Shown here one piece after another: positions 27,207-32,000 of a stretch of DNA of 32,000 nucleotides (within the stretch, counting starts at the first letter, position 1; the number at the start of each line of letters is the position of its first letter). The DNA lies in contig NZ_LN885086.1 of NCBI RefSeq assembly GCF_001458695.1, forward strand, positions 3,263,118 to 3,295,117, read 5' to 3'. The translations under genes were made by a program, and so were the position numbers. The notes under the pieces are model-generated. The model had not been told where the DNA came from. It did not search any database and was given only the letters and a program-made list of their open reading frames with translations. Source of the DNA: Candidatus Nitrospira inopinata. Lineage in GTDB: Bacteria; Nitrospirota; Nitrospiria; Nitrospirales; Nitrospiraceae.

Positions 27207-30200
27207 TCACTCTTCACGATGATGACGGGCCACCAGATCAGTCCGACCTGCACAACCGGATGCGGGGCACCAGCGCGCAAGCACCGCTGCGAGCGTTTGG
27301 GCATGAACAGGTTTGCTGACAAAGTCATCCATGCCGGCGGCAAGACACGCCGCCCGATCATCCACCGCCACATTGGCCGTCATCGCAATAATGGGGAGGC
27401 GGACGCCGCGCGCCTCCTGCCGACGAATCTCCGCCGCGGCCCGCAACCCATCCATGACCGGCATTTGACAATCCATCAAAACCATCGCGTAGCTGACACG
27501 CGACACCGCCTCAACCGCCTCACGGCCATTTGACACCACATCCACTCGATAGCCCATCTTCTCGAGCATCCGCACAGCCACTTTTTGATTCACAACATTG
27601 TCCTCGGCAAGCAGAATGCGTGGGCAGTCCCGCATTCGAGCTTCAGCTAGGCTATGCCGTGTAATAAGGTTGGAGGCGGGAACGTAGTGTCCCGAATTAC
27701 CTTCAACCGTCATGGACGCTGGAGCAACATTCAGCACAGCCGCCAGACACTCTCGGAGCTGCGTCTCACGGACCGGTTTGGTCAGATAGGCCACGCAGCC
27801 GGCGTCGCGTGCAAGAACGGCGTCACCGCGTTGCCCTCGAGAGGTCAGCAAGACAAGCCGAGTGGCGGCAAGCAGGGGGTCGGCTTTGACCGCCTTTGCC
27901 AAATCCAGCCCGCTCATCCCCGGCATGTGGGAATCTATAATTGCAACGTCGCAACCTTGATGACAACGCGCCGCATCACGTAACAGTTGAAGAGCTTGGT
28001 GTCCATTCTCCGCCGAGAGACATGAGGCACCCCATTTCTCTGCATAGAGCTCGATGACACGACGGTTGGTGGCATGATCGTCGACGACGCACAATCGGCA
28101 TCCCTTGAGATTCGTTACAGTCGTATTGAAAGGAGGCAGCGTCGTTGGCGTCACTTGAAACTGAACCGTGAACCAAAATGTACTGCCTTTCCCCACCCGA
28201 CTTTCCACACCAATCTGCCCGTCCATGAGTCGCACGAGCTGTTTGCAGATCGCCAAACCCAGTCCCGTACCGCCGTATTTGCGGGTGGTTGAACTGTCGG
28301 CTTGGACAAATGGCTGAAACAGACGTCGTTGGGCTTCCGCTTCAATGCCAACGCCCGTATCAGCGACTTCAAACCGCACGATAGCCTCATTGTCAGTGCG
28401 CCGAACCAAGCCGACGGTGACGACGACTTCCCCTTGCCCTGCAAACTTGATGGCATTGCCGATGAGATTCAAAAGGATCTGCCGCAGTTTCCCGGGATCT
28501 CCGCGCAGAGCGGTCGGAACATCCGCATGAAAGAGACAGGCGAGGTTCAACCCTTTGTCGGCGGCCCTTTCAGCCAGGAGATCGACCACCCCCTCCGTTG
28601 TCGCGCGCAAGTCGAAATCTATGGATTCAAGGGTCAGTTTGCCCGCTTCGCCCTTGGAAAAGTCGAGGATATCGTTGATGATCGCAAGCAGATGCCGGCC
28701 ACAGTCGCGGATCGTTTCGGCAAACTCCCGCTGCTCAGCGGTCAGCTCCGTGTCCAGCAGCAGATCCGTCATGCCGATGACGCCGTTCATAGGTGTACGG
28801 ATTTCGTGACTCATGGTCGCCAGAAAATCGCTCTTCGCCCGCGCGGCGGCCTCCGCTGACTCCTTCGCTGCCAGCAATTCCCGCTCCGCTCGTCTCTGTC
28901 GAGTCATATCGCGTATAACCGTGATCATGAGCAAGCCGCCGGAGAGCTCCGCATGGCTGAGTCTGATTTCAGCCGGAAACTCAATTCCGTTGCGTCTGCG
29001 CCCCACCGAGTCAAATCCGTCACGTATTGATCTGATCGTCGGTGACGTCGCGTAGGAAGTACGGTGGGCGCGATGTTTGACGCGAAATTGTTCGGGCACC
29101 ACCATCTCGATCGGTTGCCCCGCCAGTTCGTCCGGGGGAAAACCGAACAATCGCTCGGCCTGACGATTGCTCAACACGATCCGCCCCTCGCTGTCGGTGA
29201 CGAGGATGGCATCGGGTGCCGCCTCGATGAGATGCTGAAACTTGCGCTCCGCGTCTTGCGCCCGCCCCCGTTCTTCAGCCGCCGCTGCGTACGATTCATG
29301 CTGGCGGCGTACACTCCACAAGAGCGCTCCCACCAACGGAAGAATCATCCCACCCCCCGCAAGACCGATTTTTGTTATGGTTGTCCGAATGGGGGCCAGG
29401 AGATCATCGCGATCCACCCGCACAAGGATCCCCCACCGAAACGCGTCGAGTTCTTCTATCCCTTTCGTCATCGCATAGCCGGTGACGACGTCCACCTGTC
29501 TGCGCAGATGTCGTTCTTCAATAAATCCGGGAGGGGCCGAATCAAACAATTGCGCGGAAGGCAATCCCTTCCGTTTTAAATTGACCGTTCCTTCTTCCCG
29601 CAGATGCGAATCCGCGATGACTTCTCCCTCGCGATTCAGAAATTGGTACTCGATCCGCACGGTCGATCCCCATTGCGCTTGTAAGGCAGTCACGGTTCGC
29701 GCGAAACAATCTTCCAACACTGCAAGCGAAATCTCCTCGGTCACGGCTCCAAGAAATTCACCGGACGGTCCTTTGATCGGCGCGGTCAGTGAAGCTACAA
29801 TGGCGCCCCCTAAGTCCTCGGATGGTCGAGGTTCCATCGCCACAACCCTTCCTTCGTCTCTTACAGACCGAAACCACGGTTGCTGTTCTTTGCTCTGGCC
29901 AAGACGACCCTCGTCCGTTGCCGCAATGATTCGGCCTCTCGCGTCAACAGCGGCAAGCCATTCATAGACCGCATAGGTATCGGCCATCCATCGCAAATGT
30001 TCCGCTATCGCCATCACGTCGCCTTCTTGAAAGGGTCGAGACCGTGCCAGCATTTGAATATCGCCGTACCGTTCGGCCATCTGAAGATCCAGCTTGCCCG
30101 CAATATCGACCGCCGCCAACGCGAGACTCTCGCCCGCGGCCGCCACGAACCGATCTTCAATGATACGAAGAACAACGCCGCCTACCAGAAGGGCAACGAG

Positions 30201-30401
30201 CAGGCTGCCGACGGTCAGAACCGGCGACCACCGAGGAGGATTGAGGAGCCCTGATCGCCAAGAACGGCTCCGTGGAGGACCCACCTTGCTGAAATCAGTC
30301 GAGAACCGCCTCGTGTCAAGAACAGAGGCATCTCCTGCACGGTCTCCTTGTTTCTGCGTTACCAGATCATCGGCTCCGCCGGAGAAGGGCTCCCTTATCA
30401 T
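27207..30401 (-). CDS. Hybrid sensor histidine kinase: TM, Cache-like periplasmic domain, TM, PAS, HisKA, HATPase, REC, REC
   Basis: SD GGGGAG lies 6 nt before the ATG. TM1 is [23 protein letters not shown]. The ~260-aa periplasmic segment has a Cache-like pattern. TM2 is [23 protein letters not shown] domain [33 protein letters not shown]-box [20 protein letters not shown] boxes GNAIKF, DTGVGI and [12 protein letters not shown]1 is VVDDH...[12 protein letters not shown]...TKP. REC2 is LLAEDN...[12 protein letters not shown]...SKP. No HPt domain follows. Confidence 0.9.
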   Translation of the reverse strand: MIREPFSGGADDLVTQKQGDRAGDASVLDTRRFSTDFSKVGPPRSRSWRSGLLNPPRWSPVLTVGSLLVALLVGGVVLRIIEDRFVAAAGESLALAAVDIAGKLDLQMAERYGDIQMLARSRPFQEGDVMAIAEHLRWMADTYAVYEWLAAVDARGRIIAATDEGRLGQSKEQQPWFRSVRDEGRVVAMEPRPSEDLGGAIVASLTAPIKGPSGEFLGAVTEEISLAVLEDCFARTVTALQAQWGSTVRIEYQFLNREGEVIADSHLREEGTVNLKRKGLPSAQLFDSAPPGFIEERHLRRQVDVVTGYAMTKGIEELDAFRWGILVRVDRDDLLAPIRTTITKIGLAGGGMILPLVGALLWSVRRQHESYAAAAEERGRAQDAERKFQHLIEAAPDAILVTDSEGRIVLSNRQAERLFGFPPDELAGQPIEMVVPEQFRVKHRAHRTSYATSPTIRSIRDGFDSVGRRRNGIEFPAEIRLSHAELSGGLLMITVIRDMTRQRRAERELLAAKESAEAAARAKSDFLATMSHEIRTPMNGVIGMTDLLLDTELTAEQREFAETIRDCGRHLLAIINDILDFSKGEAGKLTLESIDFDLRATTEGVVDLLAERAADKGLNLACLFHADVPTALRGDPGKLRQILLNLIGNAIKFAGQGEVVVTVGLVRRTDNEAIVRFEVADTGVGIEAEAQRRLFQPFVQADSSTTRKYGGTGLGLAICKQLVRLMDGQIGVESRVGKGSTFWFTVQFQVTPTTLPPFNTTVTNLKGCRLCVVDDHATNRRVIELYAEKWGASCLSAENGHQALQLLRDAARCHQGCDVAIIDSHMPGMSGLDLAKAVKADPLLAATRLVLLTSRGQRGDAVLARDAGCVAYLTKPVRETQLRECLAAVLNVAPASMTVEGNSGHYVPASNLITRHSLAEARMRDCPRILLAEDNVVNQKVAVRMLEKMGYRVDVVSNGREAVEAVSRVSYAMVLMDCQMPVMDGLRAAAEIRRQEARGVRLPIIAMTANVAVDDRAACLAAGMDDFVSKPVHAQTLAAVLARWCPASGCAGRTDLVARHHREE

Positions 30402-30573
30402 GACGACTCCCCGCCTGCGCGCAGATGAACGTCTTTACTTCCCATGGGGCAAACCGTTGCGCCAAGCCGTTTGCCGCACCATTTCAGATGTCCCGCCAAA
30501 GCGAAAACCGACGGTCTGTCTTACCGGCAGGAACGTTGACGGCATCGACGGGGAGGGCAGCCCTCTCGCCCGA

Positions 30574-32000
30574 TTAAAACTCCTCGAACTCCCTTCCCAC
30601 ACCCTTGGGATTTCTCCCCTCGCCGATTCTCAAGCCGCCCGACGGCTCTTGTCCGGACGTTGCTTGCACGGCCTCGTCACAGAAACCGTCCGTTCCCTTT
30701 TCCCATGACCGTATGGCCGACTTTTCTCTCTTCACACTTCCGGATTTTTGCCTGACCGCCAACTGACGTACGGCTTGTAAAGAGCCTGCCCTCTCCGGAT
30801 GAGCCGGTCCGAGATTGCGGTGCCGTTCGGACTTTGCTCCCGACTCCTCATTGATCGCGCCGATCTTGAACTCTTCCACTTTTCGCAGCAGTTCTTGGGC
30901 CTGGACTTTCATGGACTGGCTGGCGCTGGTGAGTTGTTCGACGAGGGCGGCGTTTTGCTGGGTGGTGTCGTCCATGGCCATCACCGCCTTGTTCACCTGC
31001 TCGATCCCGCTCGCCTGCTCCTGACTGGCCGCGCTGATCTCCGCCATGATGTCCGTCACCCGCTTGACCGCCTGCACCAGCTCCTCCAACGTCTTGCCCG
31101 CCTGATTCACCAACGCACTGCCCTCCGTCACCCGCGAGAGCGACGCCTGAATCAACCCCTTGATCTCCTTCGCCGCCGTCGCCGACCGCTGCGCCAAATT
31201 CCGCACCTCCGCCGCCACCACCGCAAACCCCCGCCCATGCTCCCCCGCCCGCGCCGCCTCGACCGCCGCGTTGAGCGCCAACAGGTTCGTCTGAAACGCA
31301 ATCTCATCAATCACCGTGATGATCTCCGCAATCTGCGCGCTGCTCTGATTAATCGCCTGCATCGCCGCCACCGCCCGCTGCGTCACCACCCCCCCCTTGT
31401 CCGCCGTCTCCCGCGCCGCCTGCGCCAACTGCTCCGCCTGCCGCGCATTGTCCGCGTTCTGCTTCACCGTCGCCGTCATCTCCTCCATCGACGCCGACGT
31501 CTCCTCCAACGCCGACGCCTGCTCGCTCGTCCGCTGCGCCAAATCATCGTTGCCCTTGGTGATCTCCTCCGCCCCCGCCGTCACCGTCTCCACCGCCCCC
31601 CGCACCGCCGCCAAGGTCCGCGTCAACTGCGCCACGGTCTCGTTCACACTGGCCGTGATCGTGGCCAACTCCCCTCCGTAGGTGCCCGTCATCGGCCGGG
31701 TCAAATCCCCCGCCGCCACGGCCCCCAACGCCTCTCGCGCCTCGGCCATGCAGGCCTCCAACTCCACCTGCGCCTGCTTCTGCGCCGTGATGTCCGTCGC
31801 CAACTGCACCACCTTAAACGGCCGGCCCATCTCGTCCTTGACGGGGTTATAAGAGGCCTGCAGCCACACTTCTTGCCCCCCCTTGCCCAGCCGCCGATAG
31901 ACCCCCGCCTCCGCCTCCCCGCGCCCTAGCTTCTGCCAGAACGCCGCATAGTCCGGACTGGCGGCATCCCCCGGGTCGCAGAAGAGCCGATGGTGCCGGC
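30574..32000 (-). CDS. PAS-domain methyl-accepting chemotaxis protein, partial (N-terminus off the right edge)
   Basis: Track ORF 30574..31869 begins at an internal GTG. My translation of 31870-32000 stays open: ..[71 protein letters not shown], a PAS domain. A HAMP-like segment follows ([29 protein letters not shown]). The conserved MCP hairpin is present ([41 protein letters not shown]). A 94-aa tail ends in EFEEF. Confidence 0.9.
   Translation of the reverse strand, partial: RHHRLFCDPGDAASPDYAAFWQKLGRGEAEAGVYRRLGKGGQEVWLQASYNPVKDEMGRPFKVVQLATDITAQKQAQVELEACMAEAREALGAVAAGDLTRPMTGTYGGELATITASVNETVAQLTRTLAAVRGAVETVTAGAEEITKGNDDLAQRTSEQASALEETSASMEEMTATVKQNADNARQAEQLAQAARETADKGGVVTQRAVAAMQAINQSSAQIAEIITVIDEIAFQTNLLALNAAVEAARAGEHGRGFAVVAAEVRNLAQRSATAAKEIKGLIQASLSRVTEGSALVNQAGKTLEELVQAVKRVTDIMAEISAASQEQASGIEQVNKAVMAMDDTTQQNAALVEQLTSASQSMKVQAQELLRKVEEFKIGAINEESGAKSERHRNLGPAHPERAGSLQAVRQLAVRQKSGSVKREKSAIRSWEKGTDGFCDEAVQATSGQEPSGGLRIGEGRNPKGVGREFEEF

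Noticed and set aside
1-32000. Search by eye for CRISPR repeats, tRNA T-arm motifs (GGTTCGAATCC-like), IS/transposase or integrase genes, toxin-antitoxin pairs and defence-system hallmarks.
   Set aside because: None found. The only GGTTCGA-like strings lie inside coding sequences (the porin and the AAA+ gene) without surrounding cloverleaf potential. No regularly spaced repeats are present.

Overview
Visibly GC-rich bacterial chromosomal DNA (GC not computed). I can support 25 protein-coding genes. I found no rRNA, tRNA, CRISPR array, transposase, integrase or phage gene, and no island boundary. The window therefore reads as core chromosome, not an accessory or defence island.

Gene order, left to right:
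- urtA (-): the 5' part of a twin-arginine-signal urea-binding protein gene. It runs off the left edge and is absent from the ORF track.
- A ~950-bp non-coding spacer, then a divergent outer-membrane beta-barrel porin (+).
- A coiled-coil lipoprotein, a bactofilin and an exported hypothetical protein.
- The 5-oxoprolinase operon pxpB-pxpA-pxpC.
- A group of exported hypothetical proteins around an MBL-fold hydrolase.
- A Ycf46-like AAA+ ATPase, then a small helical hypothetical protein with a leaderless-type promoter.
- A convergent, hyper-charged secreted protein and a tiny membrane protein.
- Glutamate synthase gltB-gltD (-).
- ispB-like polyprenyl synthase, a DUF1015 protein and a sigma-54-dependent response regulator (+).
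- murU-like and amgK-like peptidoglycan-recycling genes (-).
- A Cache/PAS hybrid histidine kinase with two receiver domains (-).
- A PAS-containing methyl-accepting chemotaxis protein (-) that runs off the right edge.

The gene content (urtA plus porin, many exported hypotheticals, sigma-54 regulation) is reminiscent of Nitrospira-type nitrifiers. That is inference only.

Many long ORFs in the track are shadow ORFs. Several lie exactly codon-in-register antisense to real genes and are explained by avoidance of TTA/CTA/TCA codons. Several track ORFs also carry spurious N-terminal extensions, so I give shorter starts.

I found no convincing novel multi-gene system. The best candidates for undescribed biology are modest:
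- the uncharacterised block at 11.7-14.9 kb (Ycf46-like AAA+, leaderless small protein, hyper-charged secreted protein, mini membrane protein);
- the DUF1015 / orphan sigma-54 activator pair;
- the chemoreceptor with an unusually long C-terminal tether ending in EFEEF;
- the structured spacer upstream of the porin.
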